Source of the DNA: Felis catus
Lineage: Eukaryota
Direction: 5' to 3'
Length of the DNA: 64,000 bases
Assembly (NCBI RefSeq): GCF_018350175.1
Contig: NC_058368.1
Span: 225,744,001 to 225,808,000 of the forward strand
The translations under genes and the position numbers were made by a program. The notes under the pieces were generated by a model. It did no database searches, had not been told where the DNA came from, and worked only from the letters and a program-made list of their open reading frames with translations. Below, piece after piece: positions 36,035 through 49,156 of this stretch; position 1 is the stretch's first letter, and the number at the start of each line of letters is the position of its first letter.

Positions 36035-38764
36035 TGAATGGTCATTTGAAAGGCAGGAGCTCATATGACAATTGTTCTTTCAACTCTGCTCTCTAGAACA
36101 TTCTGGTGTTTTAGATCAGTTGATTAAAGTGAGGTGCCAAAGGGCTCTATAAATGGCATGTCAATAGAATGTGTAAATGGACTCAGTAAGTCAATAAGAC
36201 TTACAGGCTGCGTGGTTTGGGGCACACTGCTCCAGCCTACTCTATGAATATATCGCCATACATCTTATTTTGTCGGGTTGTTTAAGAGCATTAAATGAGA
36301 TAGCAATGTGAAGATATTTAGTATATGGTAGGTTCTCATTACACATCAGTTCATTTCTTTCTTGGGTGTGCCCATAAAGGTTCACTGAATTCATTAGTGT
36401 GTGTCTGGCCTCACTTAAGAGCTATTCTTCTTAGAAACCTTTAGAGCACCTGCCCTATGCCTTGCACCCAATATATGCATTTATTTATGAAGGAAGAAGC
36501 CCCAAATTTCAGCTTGATATTTGGATCAATTATGTTTAGAGTTCATGGATTCAGAGAAGGTTTGAATGAGAAACACCTTGAGAGATCTTCCCTTCTTCCC
36601 TCTTAATACTCCTGTGCTCCGTGGCAATGCATGACTTTGATCGGGTCTCTCTTTTCTTCTTTTGGTTCCTTTCTGTGGCTGAACCTGGTAGTATTTAGCA
36701 TGCTGGTGACCCAGCTGGAGTGCGCTGCATAGACTGAGTCACCCACCCTGCTTGAGAGTCCGCTGCTTCTGAGCTGCAGTAACTAGGCAGTATGAATTGG
36801 CCGATACCATCCACTAGGTGGAGGTAAAGAACCCATTGACCACCCCCTCCCCCTCCCCCACCCCCCCACCGCGCGCCCCGGGTTCTCCTTGTTTGACTTG
36901 CTCATGGCTTTTCTCCTAGTTCCAAAGCAGGAGTGGAGCAGACCTGATTTCACATTGCCTTGACCTCACATGGATTTGGTGCCACTCCAGCTATGCCCTT
37001 GGCTTCTCCCATTCTCTGGGCTCAAGAACGCAAGCTCCATGCTGCTGCCCACCACTGTCCTTGTATTTCATCACCAGTGCCTTGCTGACCTGGCACATTC
37101 CTTGAATTCACTGGATTATCACCACGGTTTTCTGCTAGAGACCGCCTAGTTCCCTCCTCCCCTGCAGCATACCCTTTCTGACGGCTACGACCCAATGTTT
37201 CTCTGCCTGTGGGTGTCTTCCAAAATGTCCCATCTCCCTGCAGAAAGCGGCTCGTTCCTTTATTTTTTTTCCTTCATTTTTCTCTTCTCTCTTGCTTCTA
37301 ATTCACTTTTTTTTTGCTCATAGCTAAAGTACTTTTCTAGAAACAAAGTATTCTGAGTTTTATTGAGTCTTCGATTTATAATTAATAGTCATTACTTTAT
37401 CTCACTTCACTTCATGATTACCCTCTTTCTTTCCAAATTATTTGAAACTATATATTTTGTTGACTTTTAAGATGTGTATTTCCCTCTCCCCAGCATACAT
37501 GCATGTTTAAACAGGTCTGAAATTGGGATGTATTTTCATCTTATAATTCAGTGAGTCATGGTTGTTTGGCAGTTCTCCCCCCTTAATTGGGCATAATTTA
37601 ATTTCACAAAGCATTTTCAGACACTGTTTTTGCACGATCAGTATAAAAGGCCAGGAAAAATGAAAGCCAACTTTAGTTGAGATTCAGAATTTTGTGATAT
37701 TAAGGAAGATGGCTACCCATACGCCTAAGTCTCGAGAAGATGACAGAACTACGTGTCAGCAAAATGTGATGATCTGGACTTGGAATAATGTTGGATAAAT
37801 CATTATGTCTTAGGCCCTTTTATGATTTGAGCCACCATAGTATCACATAAAGCCAACATCATAGAGGACTCTGTCTAGGCAAAGTCTGGAGTTATATATA
37901 TTTCAGCAAAGGGAAACAGATCTCTATCTCTATCTTATAAAGCAAATACTACCGATTAAAACCCACCTTATAACTATGGAGGTTTCCAGTGTTTTTGTAC
38001 ATAGACTCCCTTTCCTTGAAGACAAACACTTTGTATTTTTGCTATTGACATCATTTGCTTCATGAGACAAAGTGGGTTATTCTGTGCCCAGAAGTGAGGG
38101 TTAGAGTTTTACACATGGAACACACTAAATAGTATCCTTTTCATTCATAACCACAGAAGCTTTTTGTTTGCTTTGTGAGTTCTTTTTTTATTTGCTTTAT
38201 GACAAATTTAGCCTGTTGAGCCATTTTATTTGGCCATGAAGAAATGGCATGGTTAGGCTTTCCTTGTCAAATGGATACACAGCTAGGAAAGAAATTTTTA
38301 AAAGAGATTTGTAATTAGCCGCTGAGTAGAGCCCACAGAAGGTAGCTCTGGTATCTTCACGTCCTTCTCCATCACGTCGGCCACAGAGCCCAGTGCCTGT
38401 CCCGGCGCTCTGGCCGCCCTGGCCACTGTGCTGTGGCTCCCTCCCGTTGCCCAGGCTGAGTAGGCACCTCCAGGGCCCCACATGCATGTGGAATGCTTGA
38501 CAATCCATAAAGGACAGGGAACAGTGGTGGCCCTGAATGAGCCACGCACAGCAAGCTACAATGATGGGTTACCTGAGATAATTTAGCTCCCAGCCTGATG
38601 TTTCCCTTTTTGGGCATCTTCATAGAGCGTCCGACTGTCACCTGGCAATGAGCAGTGACTGCAGACTAACTTGACAGTAGTCAAAGCCCATAATTTGATA
38701 GGAAACTTTTTACTTAAAGTCATGGACATAATTTAGGGGGTCCTGCAGCCTCTTCTACTTTCTG

Positions 38765-38932
38765 TGTTTCTTCTTTCCTTCCTTCCTTCCTTCCTTCCTT
38801 CCTTCCTTCCTTCCTTCCTTCCTTCCTTCCTTCCTTCCTTCCTTCCTCCTCTTTCTTTCTCCTTTTTTCTTTCTTTTTCTTCTTTCTTTCTTCCTCCTCT
38901 TCCATTTTTCTCTTTCTTTCCTTCTTTCTTTC
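38765..38932. repeat. (TTCC)n microsatellite and adjoining polypyrimidine tract
   Basis: Visible tandem TTCC run followed by CT-rich sequence. Confidence 0.95.
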
Positions 38933-39469
38933 ACCATTAGATCCTTAGAATCTTCTAGGCTTTCTCTGGGTCTCTACCTGTTTTCCTTACACTCTCCTTC
39001 ACCCCTGGATGGAGTCTTATTTCTTAGCTGACCCAAAGAGCAGAGTAGAGACTCAGTCCTACGAGGATGACTAGTAAACCATCCCAACTAAGCCAAGTGG
39101 ACTATGGCAGTAGGTTGGTTGAAAACCAGATTAAAATTGAATGCTGCTGAATCAGAGAATGAAAGAGCAGAAAGTAGAGGAGAAATAAGAAAACAGTAAG
39201 AAGAAAGCAAACAGATTCAGCCAGTCTAAAAGTGAATCCGACATGATGCTATATGAGCATGGCTAGCAGCCGTCCATGGGCTCTAATCATCACAAGCTAA
39301 ACATGAGTCACCTGGGCAATGTGGTATTTTTAAAAATAGTCATCTCATTGAGATGTAGAAATTGGACACAGCTTGCTAAAGGAAAGTGCACGTAGTGATT
39401 TGGTACTTTACCTTTCCAAAGCAGCTCATCCATATAGTATGTCTTTATAAAATAAATGGGGTGTTTTTA

Positions 39470-39641
39470 CGTATATGCAATCATATATAAGTATACCTGT
39501 ACGTACATATATGTACATATATATGTGTATATACGTACATATATATGTACATGTGTATGTATATATATATGCGTATATATGTATATATACGTATATATAT
39601 GCGCATATATGTATATATATGTATATATGTATATATATATA
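39470..39641. repeat. Degenerate (TA)/(TG)/(CA) low-complexity array
   Basis: Alternating purine-pyrimidine run; source of the YI/YV pseudo-ORFs. Confidence 0.9.
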
Positions 39642-39874
39642 AAACATTGAATTATCATTTGCACTGTTTGTCATGGTGTGTCTGTGGATATTATAGTTGT
39701 CACATATAATGTTTACTTGCCTTGGTTTCCAAAATTGGAATATCCTTTATCAGACAGAAATTATATCCAGCATCAGCTAAAAGAAATACATGTATCAGAC
39801 AGTGATATTTTAATTTTAAAAAGAGGTAGTAGGTTTTTTCCCCCTATTAATTGGGTATTTAAACAACCACATCC

Positions 39875-40077
39875 ATGCCTGGGTAGCTCAGTCGATTAAG
39901 TGTCTGACTTCGGCTCAGGTCATGATCTCACATTTCATAGGTTCGAGCCCCACATCGGGCTCTGTGCTGACGGTTGAGAGCCTGGAGCCTGCTTCAGATT
40001 CTGTCTTTCTGTCCCTCCCCTGCTTGCACTCTGTCTCTCTCTCTCAAAAATAAATACACATTAAAATTTTTTAAAAA
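39875..40077 (+). mobile_element. CanSINE (5' end clipped)
   Basis: GCCTGGGTAGCTCAGTCGATTAAG head, CT tract, A tail. Confidence 0.88.
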
Positions 40078-41369
40078 GCCTATCCATCTATAGAAAGATG
40101 TTTGTGATAGCTGGAGACTTAGGGATTAGTGGTGCTTTGTCCATTCTAGGATCCACTAATGTGATCACAGGTCCCTAGGGTAATTTGGTTAAGGGTTGTT
40201 GGCCTTTTTTAAGTTAAGAACTATTTTGAGGAGGAAAAAAGCCTTTGTTGGTCAGTGTTGGGGACCTGCCCTCCAAGCTATCATGAGGGGAGAGCTGGCT
40301 AAGTGGGTGAGTGGCCTGTCCAGTCGCACAGAGTCTGGTGTTCAGAGGGCCCCACCCTTGGGGAGTAATGCTCTGCAGTTGCTGTCTGGCAATTCTTTAT
40401 TCTTTGATGTTTGAATTTGTTTTTTTTTTTTTTTTTTTTTTTTTTTTTGTAAGTGCAGCGTGACGGGCCAGTGGAATGGGCACGGGGAGGGGGGTGGAGC
40501 TTCCACTCCCGGTAGCTTCCCTTCCCCTCTGCCACCTGCCAGCGGTCCTGCTCCGGCTCCCCTCCCCACCCAGCTGCTCTGCGTGACTGCCCAAGGTCGT
40601 CTGCCCAGGACTGCGGGCAGGTTGCATCCCCCAGGGTGGGGGAGGCTTGTGTTCCACCGTGGCCATCTGCCCCTCATGGGGGGCCTGAGCACAAGTGAGA
40701 AGGGTCCTCATCAGGCATGTGCTTTGCAGCCTCGAGATAAGGTGCTTGCTGTCCTTGTCCCAGCTGGCAATGCCACGGTGCATTCAGGAGTGACTGGTCA
40801 GGGGCATTACACCCACCCTGAATCCGGATCCCAAACATGCCCTGGAGGGGAGGTTGAAATATCTTGGGGACCCATTTGTTATGTGTTGGGGCTACAGACT
40901 GGTGGAAATGGGGTATTGACTTCTCCACCCCCCTGTGAGGTCTCTGCATTGTCACCTTGCACTGGACCTGGAAAACTATGAGTGAGGGTGATGTGTATCC
41001 ACAGACCTCCCTCTTCAAAGTCTGTACTTTATCACTCTGCTTCTCATGATTTCTTGGGCCTTCTGCGTTTTGACCACAATTCATCTCTTAATAATTACTC
41101 CACAGCCTTCAGGAATCCTCTGATCACCTGTGTGTGGCCATCTTTGCCTTAGAATTCCGCCATGGGTGATGTGGTGGCCACGTGTGAATTCTGTGAATGG
41201 GCACATCAGCAAGGTCACCCCAGGGTTCAGAACAGGCTGTGCCCCAGGACACCCTTTGGCAGTTTCTAATGGTGTTTATTTAGTTCTGCAGCTGAGAACT
41301 GTTTCATACCTCAAAGTAATTCTCAGCATCAGTCAAGCAGATCGACACTTAGAAACACATAGACCTTAG

Positions 41370-41800
41370 GGATGTATTAGGCTCCAGCAAGGTGTTTAAG
41401 AAAATCTCTTGTTATGTCTTTGTGGATAAGGTGGAGTGATGGGGACAAGAATGGACTGGCAGATTAGATGGTCTGTCATCTTCATAAAGTGCTGATTAAT
41501 CTAGGTCACTCTGAGAGCAGCTGTTAATGGGAAGTGACAGGGCGTCAGTGCTGATCAGCACCTTTGATCAATAGTGTGGAAGAGGACAAACGACCTGCAA
41601 ATGTGTAGGTGTTAAGAAGCTGGACGAGAGAATGAATGGGGTTGGGGACACCATTAAGGTCTGTAGGTTTGGATGACGGGCTGTGTCAGACAAGAACAAA
41701 GTTAATAGGACATACTTAGATTCAAAAGTTGCATCCAAAAAGTAGAATCCTTGGAGGTTTTAACTGCCCATAAATCCAAAATAAGCTGGCATGCTGATGA
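41370..41800 (+). mobile_element. Ancient L3/CR1 LINE RT-region remnant (second piece ~39240-39430)
   Basis: TTGTGGATAAGGTGGAG...AAAGTGCTGATTAAT...TTTGATCAATAGTGTGGAAGAGGAC...AAGCTGGACGAG...GGAGGTTTTAACTG follows the recalled order of L3 motifs. Confidence 0.6.
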
Positions 41801-41829
41801 ACCTGTTTTTTTTTTTTTTAAAAAAAGGC

Positions 41830-42345
41830 TGTTCCCAAAGAATGAAAAACTTGTAACCACACAAAATCTGACACAGAGTAGCAATTTTATTCTTAATTGC
41901 CCCAAATCGGAAGCAACCAAGATGTCCTTCAGTAGGTGAATGAATAAACAGTAGTGTATCATACAATAGAATAGTATTCAGTCATAGAAAGAAATGAGCT
42001 ATCAAACCATTAAAAGACACAGAGGATAGTAAAAACTGCGTGTCATTCTGGAAAAAGCAAACCAGTGGAGACAGTTAAAAGACCAGTGGTCACTTGGTTT
42101 CTGGGGAGCGAGAAAGGACTGAATATGTGGCATACGGGATTTTTAGAGCAGTGAAAATACTCAATGTGATGCTGTTATGGTGGATACATGACATTATGCA
42201 TTTGTCAAAACCCATAGAAGGTGCAACACCAAGAGTGAACCTTAATGTGAACCAAGGAGTTAACAATGTATCCATATTGGTGCCTTGGTTATAACAAGTG
42301 TGCCACACTGAAATAAGATGTCAATACTAGGGGCAACTGTATGTA
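41830..42345 (+). mobile_element. L1MC-like ORF2 end / 3'UTR fragment
   Basis: GGAAGCAACCAAGATGTCCTTCAGTAGGTGAATGAATAAAC and CATTTGTCAAAACCCATAGAA motifs. Confidence 0.8.
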
Positions 42346-42441
42346 ACAAAATGTAACACATTTTGTTTATCAATCTAGCAAATTTTAATAGCCATTTTTA
42401 AGATAGCCTCTGGTGAATGATTGGTTTTGTTTAAAAGTTTA

Positions 42442-42451
42442 ATGTTTGTTT

Positions 42452-42491
<40 letters not shown>

Positions 42492-42654
42492 CAGAGAGCA
42501 TGAGCAGTGGAGGAGCAGAGAGAGAGGGAGACACAGAATCCGAAACAGGCTCCAGGCTCTGAGCTGTCAGCACAGGGGCTCGAACTCACAGACCGTGAGA
42601 TCATGACCTGAGCCGAAGCTGGATGCTCAACCGACTGAGTCACCCAGGTGCCCC
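42442..42654 (-). mobile_element. CanSINE (SINEC_Fc type)
   Basis: TSD GTTTTGTTTAAAAGTTTA at 42424-42441 and 42657-42674. Confidence 0.9.
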
Positions 42655-42699
42655 ATGTTTTGTTTAAAAGTTTAGTTCTATATCCCTTTAAACATTTTA

Positions 42700-43895
42700 A
42701 CCCACGTTTGTAAATTTTGTATTTTCTCTATCGCTTTAAAGTACTTAATTATCAAAGATTATTAAAGTTGTACCAAAGGACTCAAGAACCAGCCCGAATA
42801 AGCTCCCACCAGCCAAGATGGGACACTTTTGAGGGTCAGAAGGAATAATACCGCAGTGGACTGAAGCATATCGAGTATGACCATAACAACACTACAGAAA
42901 GGAAAGAAGAAAACCAACTTGGTTTTCGTTAGAGGCTACTGAGGAACTGTCTCATTATCTTGACAGCTGCTGAATAAAGAGAAAGACTCAAGAATTAATC
43001 CTGCCTCTCCTGTGAGATCTGTGTCTCAGGGCAATCAGACATCCATAGGGGACGTTTCTCTTCATAGATCTGATCCAGCTGGTGGCTGAAGCAAGAGTGA
43101 AGAGCTCTCACTGTCCTGTGTCTCCTAAGGAAGATAGGTAGACCTCATCAGTGGCTGCTAATATCACAGGAATAGAGACCCCAGACACCCAGACAGTATC
43201 TGCCTCCTGATGGAAACACACACCAACACCTATGATGTAGTTTAAATTTTGAACCTAAATCTGGCCGAGTCTCTAGATTGAACTGCCTGTTTTTATAGTC
43301 CGCCCAAGGCATTGAGGAAAATGTTGAACTAAACCACAGGATTCAATGACTGATTCTCAGACTCTGGAAGATTTTACTGAACAAATGAGTCTGTTTCTTC
43401 CACAAAGAATTTCAAGCAGAGAGAGAGACAGAGAGAGAGAGAGAAAGAGAAGGCAGTAAACCTATAAATTACAGGAAACTCAAAACTCACATCATCAATT
43501 TCAATGTATGATTTTTTTTCCAATCTTGTTTCAGTCTTTGTGTGTATGTGCACATGTGTGTACAGAAGGTGATTGGGTAAATGTGCATCCTGTTGGGATA
43601 TCTGATGACATTAAGGGATTAAAACATTTTTTTAAGATGAGACAGTGTTTTTATTGTTAGGTTAAAATTTCCTTTTTGGGAAGATAGGTGGCAATATTTG
43701 TAAATTCAATTATATGACGGTTAGGATTTGCTTCAAGTAATCCTGGGTGGTGGGGATGGGTGGGGGGAGAGCTTGGTGGGAACATAGAAGAAACAAGACT
43801 GGCCATGGATACAAAACTGTTGACTCTTTTTTATTATAAGTTGGTCTCTCTTTTTATGTGTGTTTGAAATTAACCAAAGTAGAAGTTGGAAAAAA
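42700..43895 (+). mobile_element. Old L1M 3'UTR fragment
   Basis: AAAGGACTCAAGAACCAGC...GCCAAGATGGGACACTTTTGAG and terminal GATTTGCTTCAAGTAATCC...GTGTGTTTGAAATT; subfamily uncertain. Confidence 0.6.
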
Positions 43896-44294
43896 AAAAC
43901 AAAAACCAGGCTTTCCTGAACATTAGGCAGTTCCTGCAAAATGAAGAAATTAAACTCCTGTGTTCCTAAGATTTTTATTTCAAGTCACAAGTCTATACAG
44001 CTATGCGTTTTATTTGTTTGTTTGTTTATTTAATTTTACAGCTACATATTTTAAATTGGAACCATGAGATGAATCATCTAAAACAGTATAAATAATTAAA
44101 AAACCAAATATGCATAGGTTTTTCTAAATATGAATGATTAATATTAGGGATTAGTTTCACAAGCATTTCTGTACTTACTTCTTGGGGCCAAGGATGCTAG
44201 CCTGCCTAGGAGACGATTATGGAATCCCATACAATTTTAGCATTCCCTTCCTGAGCAGTTGTATGGATTGCCTTTGTTTTGACTGAGGATTCGC

Positions 44295-44297
<3 letters not shown>

Positions 44298-44339
<42 letters not shown>

Positions 44340-44494
44340 GATAAATGAGGTTTATTGCAACATGACCCATTCTTTCATATGATATCTGTGCTGCTTTCAT
44401 ACAGTGACAGAGCTGACAGTTGTGACAGAGACCAGAAGACCCACGAAGCTGAAAATATGTTCCATCTGTCCTTTAGGGAACATGGGCTGACCTT
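44298..44494. mobile_element. (TG)20 microsatellite followed by a MER58-like hAT MITE
   Basis: (TG)n 44298-44337; then GATAAATGAGGTTTATTGCAAC...CAGTTGTGACAGAGACC...GCTGAAAATATGTTCCATCTGTCCTTTA. Confidence 0.7.
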
Positions 44495-46614
44495 GTTGCA
44501 AAATATTATTCCTTTCTCATTCGCCTTAATTTGGCGATAGATATACAATTTTCCTTTCTTTCAGATGGATTGCAAATGATCACAGCATCATTTATGAAAT
44601 AGTCTATCCTTTATGATTGAGGATTCTTAATGACCATTGAGACCCTTGGCCAAAATGTCCACTGGACCCCCAACTGGAGTTGCCATGGCAACGCCCTCCG
44701 AGTGAAGTCTTCCAGAAGCCAGGGCTGAGGGTTACACTCCTGCCATTACCTAATTTTTGTATTCCTGGAAGATTATAACTTCCACTAAGACCTTCACTGC
44801 CTGGGTTGTTTTTGCATTTCTTTATTTCTTCAAAGACATGGAACTGGTTTCCTGGCTGAGTCTGAAGACCTTTAAACTTGAGGGAGCTTTCCTAGGGCTC
44901 TGCTTGACTTTGCATAGCAGGTGATCTAATGAAACATACTAATTTAACATTTATAGATTTTTTCTGATGCAGCGAATGAAACTGTGAGTTACATACAACC
45001 CATGCAGGAGCCCTGAATCACCTTAGAATTGCAGTCAGCATTAAAAAATATAATAGAATTGAATGGAAGGTATCAGAAGGCATTACACATTATAAGGATA
45101 AATATTACTTTTTGAAACTTTGGTTTCATTTGTACGTATTTAGATGTAAGTGAATTTCTCACTGTGGGTCACCATGAGAACTTTTGAAAACTTGCCACTT
45201 TGATGTCAGGTGGGGAGATCAGAGAGAGCCTGGCATGTGGGCCACAGCAAGCAGGGATCATAAACTGAAAGGAGGAGGTAAGCCAACAAGAAAACAGAGA
45301 CCAGAAAACAGCCTCACTTAATAGAAACATACGAGCTCAAAAAAGAGAGCCAGCAGCAGTCCCAGATTAGCAAATGAAATCGTTGCTACTAAAAACAGAG
45401 ACGTTGGTGTTACGGGTTATCCTGTAGGTCTGCTCTTTCCCTCTGTGCCTCTTGCTCAGTATTTAGTTCCTTCTGGTAGCACAGTGGCTGGCCCAGTGTA
45501 GACACTCTCCAAGTAAGTACTCACTGAGTGTAAACACTGGTAATTAGACCACCTGTTTCAGGGGACCTGGGGGAGGAACGTGGGGTCTGGGAGTCCGTAT
45601 TTTAACAAGCTTTCCAGGCAGCAGCCTGGTGGCGGTGGCGACCGGTATTTACGAAGCACTTACCTGTTCTACCCACTTATTTTACTGGCCCAGGTGACAC
45701 TCACTAGGAGAACCAGAGCTGGCACCTGGGTTGCCCACCTTGCACCGGAGGGCTTTACCCATGACGTCACCAGCATCTCACGTCGGCTGCTTCTCACCAA
45801 ACACGTTATACAACCTTCTAGCAGATGTCCCGGACTCCATGCTTCTTCACTCTCCTACCTCATTCTCTCAGGCATCTTCTGAAATCTCCCATCATTCCAC
45901 TTTCCTACCTGATACCTGTCTATACCTTTGGCTTTCTCTTTATTGCTGGTATTATTAAGACCAAATGCCCTAGCAGATAATTCAGGGCCTGCCACAGTGT
46001 GCCGACAGCCTGTCCCCTCAATATCTTCTCTATCTGCCCATCTCCCACATATCTCCTTTATCCATGTCTTGCTGGGGCACCCCAGGACACTCAGTGTGCC
46101 CCAGGCACACCTCCCCGTCCCCGACTATGATCTTCTGTACATGTTGTATCCTGGAATATTCTGGAATACTGGAACAACCTCTGTTTTCCTCTCAATTTCA
46201 TCCGTCCTGCCAGACCAAGTTCAAGGGCCACTTCCATAAAATCTTCCCTTATTATTGAGTTAATCATTCCTTCTTTTGCTTCTCTTTGTTCTTTGCTCAT
46301 GTTTTACTTGAGTACCTCAGACTCCTTGCTTTGGATTTTGTTAGGTTGGCTTGGCCCGTGTTTGTCTCAGATGAGGAAGTAAGTTCCCGGAAGACAGGAT
46401 TCTTTCTTTACAGTGTGTGACCTTCTCCATAAAGCCTACAGTGCCTTGCAACTAGTTTTAAACGGCATATATGTTAATTTTTTTAGGATTATGATTACAC
46501 CAAAATTAATACTAACTGGAAGTTTGAGCATTTAGTCTGTAAGCAGGCTTCAACCTCTGTATGAAGGCTTATTCCGTTCCTTTATAAGCCCAATCATAAA
46601 AAAACGTACTGCAA

Positions 46615-46798
46615 GGGTGCCTGGGTGGCCCAGTTAATGTTTGACTTCAGCTCAGGTCACGATCTCACGGTTGGTGAGTTTGAGCCCCACGTCAGGCTCT
46701 GTGCTGACAGCTCAGAGTCTGGAGCCTGCTTCAGGTTCTGTGTCTCCCTCTCTCTGACCCACCCCCCCAAAGATAAATAAACATTAAAAAAGAAAAAA
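46615..46798 (+). mobile_element. CanSINE ~560 nt upstream of exon 2
   Basis: GGGTGCCTGGGTGGCCCAG head; flanked by GTACTGCA repeats. Confidence 0.88.
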
Positions 46799-47357
46799 GT
46801 ACTGCACTGTTTGTGTGCTGTTCGTGATAAAGAATTCTTGGTTTCCCCTTGGAGAGGACCTGGCTGGATAGACCACAGGATGTGATCTTAAAGAGAAGGG
46901 GCTAGTGCCTTGGATCCTTAATCACTGCTGTTTCCAAGAGATCGGAGGGAGGGGCCGGTGGATAAATGTAGATAGAAGTAGAACAGGGAGGGCAGTAGCC
47001 CCTCCACATAGTGGAAAACCTACCCTTCTGCCTTTCACGTGCCTCATGATTTGGTTTCAGGTCAATTCCACTCTCTGTCTGTTAGCAGGGTGATATTTGG
47101 GCCACACCCAGCATAGAGAATCCTCTGCCCAAATTAGAGGTTACAGCGGAAAGTCTAGCACCAATGCATATGTGGCCCAAGCGCTTTTATTTTGCTGACT
47201 TTGATGCCTATTGGGTAACTTTGATGTGGTCTCGTTGGGGTGATTCTGAAAACTGAAATTTGTGTCTTCGTTTCTATGCTAGGAACTAAACCTAACTTAA
47301 AAAAAAGATGAAAATCGTCAAACTGAAATCGTGATTTGTCTGTTTTTGCTGTTACAG

Positions 47358-47464
47358 GTTCCTTGCACTGACTCCATGGAGAGTGTATCACCTGATTTCT
47401 GTCATGATACTCGGGCGTGTTATTATGCAAATAATAAAGGATATGGTTTTGTCCAGAGCTAGAG
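47358..47464 (+). CDS. RETREG1: RETREG1 exon 2 (107 nt), reticulon-homology-domain hydrophobic segment
   Basis: Acceptor tttttgctgttacAG|G, donor AGAG|GTAAGA. Completes the split TGG codon and reads (W)[35 protein letters not shown](G), matching FAM134B. Not shown in the ORF track. Confidence 0.97.
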
Positions 47465-47565
47465 GTAAGAAAACTGAGAATTCATTTTTATGGTATGTAA
47501 TTTGCTAGACCCCAAATATCTGATCTTTGTGTAGGCACATTAACCAAGTAGTTTTAAAAGGGAAC

Positions 47566-47733
47566 GGGCGCCCTGGTGGCTCAGTCAGTTAAGCATCTGA
47601 CTCTAGATTTCAGCTCAGGTCACGATCTCACAGTTTGTGGGTCCAAGAGCAGAGCCTACTTGGGATTCTCTCTCTCCCCCTCTCTTTTTGCCCCTCCGTC
47701 CCTCTCTTTCTCTATTAAAATAAACTTAAAAAC
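47566..47733 (+). mobile_element. CanSINE ~100 nt downstream of exon 2
   Basis: GGGCGCCCTGGTGGCTCAGTCAG head; flanked by AAGGGAAC repeats. Confidence 0.88.
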
Positions 47734-48086
47734 ATTATAGAAGGGAACAAAATAACGTCATGTAGGCATTGACTTTGCTATTATTAATGTTTGTTGAATA
47801 TTTATTTATTTGGCAAATATTTATTACGTACTTAACTGATGTCCCTAGTCAGAGCCGCTGGTCCTGAGCGAAAGGTTTGTGTGTGCATGCTGGTTGCTCT
47901 TTGGCTCTAAGTGCTACTTAAAGACCATTTTGATATGTAAGCAGGTTGCAGTGAGGATGACAGTGAAATATTTATAACGTCCCCCAAGATGAAGCTTGGG
48001 CCACTGGAAAATGGGCTCGTTTATATGAAAACTTTCTCTGCCTCCATGAAGAAAAACAATTCTGGGCTTAAAAACAAATAACAGTT

Positions 48087-48188
48087 GGGGTACCTGGTTG
48101 GCTCAGTCAGTAAAACACGTGACTGTTGATGTTGGGGTTTTGAGTTCAAGCCCCATGTTGGGGGTAGAGATTACTTAAAAAAAAAAAA
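48087..48188 (+). mobile_element. Short CanSINE
   Basis: GGGGTACCTGGTTGGCTCAGTCAG...GAGATTACTT plus poly(A). Confidence 0.85.
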
Positions 48189-48457
48189 GTAGTAGTTAAG
48201 TAAATTTTAACAAATGAGTTCATGATAATGAAAAGTGAACTGATTGTTTAAAAATGAGACTTTGAGTTAATTTTGAAATTTGCTCAAGGTGTTTTCTGAG
48301 TAATTTGTCTGTGTTATAAATCTGAGTCCAGCTTTTCTGTACTTGGAGAGGCCCTCCGACCAGAGCCTGAGCTAGATTTTGTGAATGAGCAAAAGTCCCT
48401 CCTTGGAGTAATTGGGCCCTGGGAACTTTAAATGTGGTAAGATTGATGGGATCAAAA

Positions 48458-48668
48458 ACCAGGATGACTCAGTCGGTTAGGCGTCCGACTCTCTTGCTTT
48501 CGACTCGGGTCCTGATCTCATGGGTTGGTGAGATCGAGCCCCATGTCAGGCTCCACGCTGACGGTGCGGAGCCTGCTTGGGATTCTCTCCTTCTTTCTTT
48601 GCCCCTCCCCCGCTTGCACACTCGCTCGCTCTCCTCTCTCTCAAATAAGTAAATTAAAAAAAAAAAAT
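48458..48668 (+). mobile_element. CanSINE
   Basis: CTCAGTCGGTTAGGCGTCCGACTC head, CT tract, A tail. Confidence 0.85.
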
Positions 48669-49156
48669 AGCCAAGAGAAGGAGGTTCCAGTGAGACATCT
48701 GATTTCCCTCAGTGCAACACCCACATGGAAGGATAATATTGGCTGGGGTCCATATGGATTGATGCGCATAAGACCTTCCCAGAGTTCCCGCCCTGGCAGG
48801 GTACCAAGGCCTGCCTTGTAGGAAGCACCCTTGTTCTCCCTAAAGCCAACTCTGAGACCAGGGATCTCAGCTGTTACGGGTTTACCATCATCATGTTCCA
48901 CAGTGGGCTTGAGCTCCAGTTTATATTCTGAGTCTTCTTTAAGTAAATTATGTGTAGAAAGACTGTGTTACATTGCTGCATTAGAAGGTTTGAAGGTAAT
49001 TCCTTCATTCTGGTGAATCTGAGAAGGTGAAAAAAACCCAATGTTGTTAACCGTAGGAATTTACGTGAGGAATAAATCTACTGGAATTGGGAAGTGCCAA
49101 ACTGGAAATTCGGTTAGGAGACCTCCCACAAATTCACTTATGTCTAGTTCCTTCTT

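Noticed and set aside
38720..39674. EGRK-repeat and YI-repeat ORFs (also 53071-53529 and 61928-62343)
   Set aside because: Translations of microsatellites and low-complexity tracts.
40420..40460. Long poly(T) as the tail of a processed pseudogene
   Set aside because: No target-site duplication or recognisable retrocopied coding sequence next to it.
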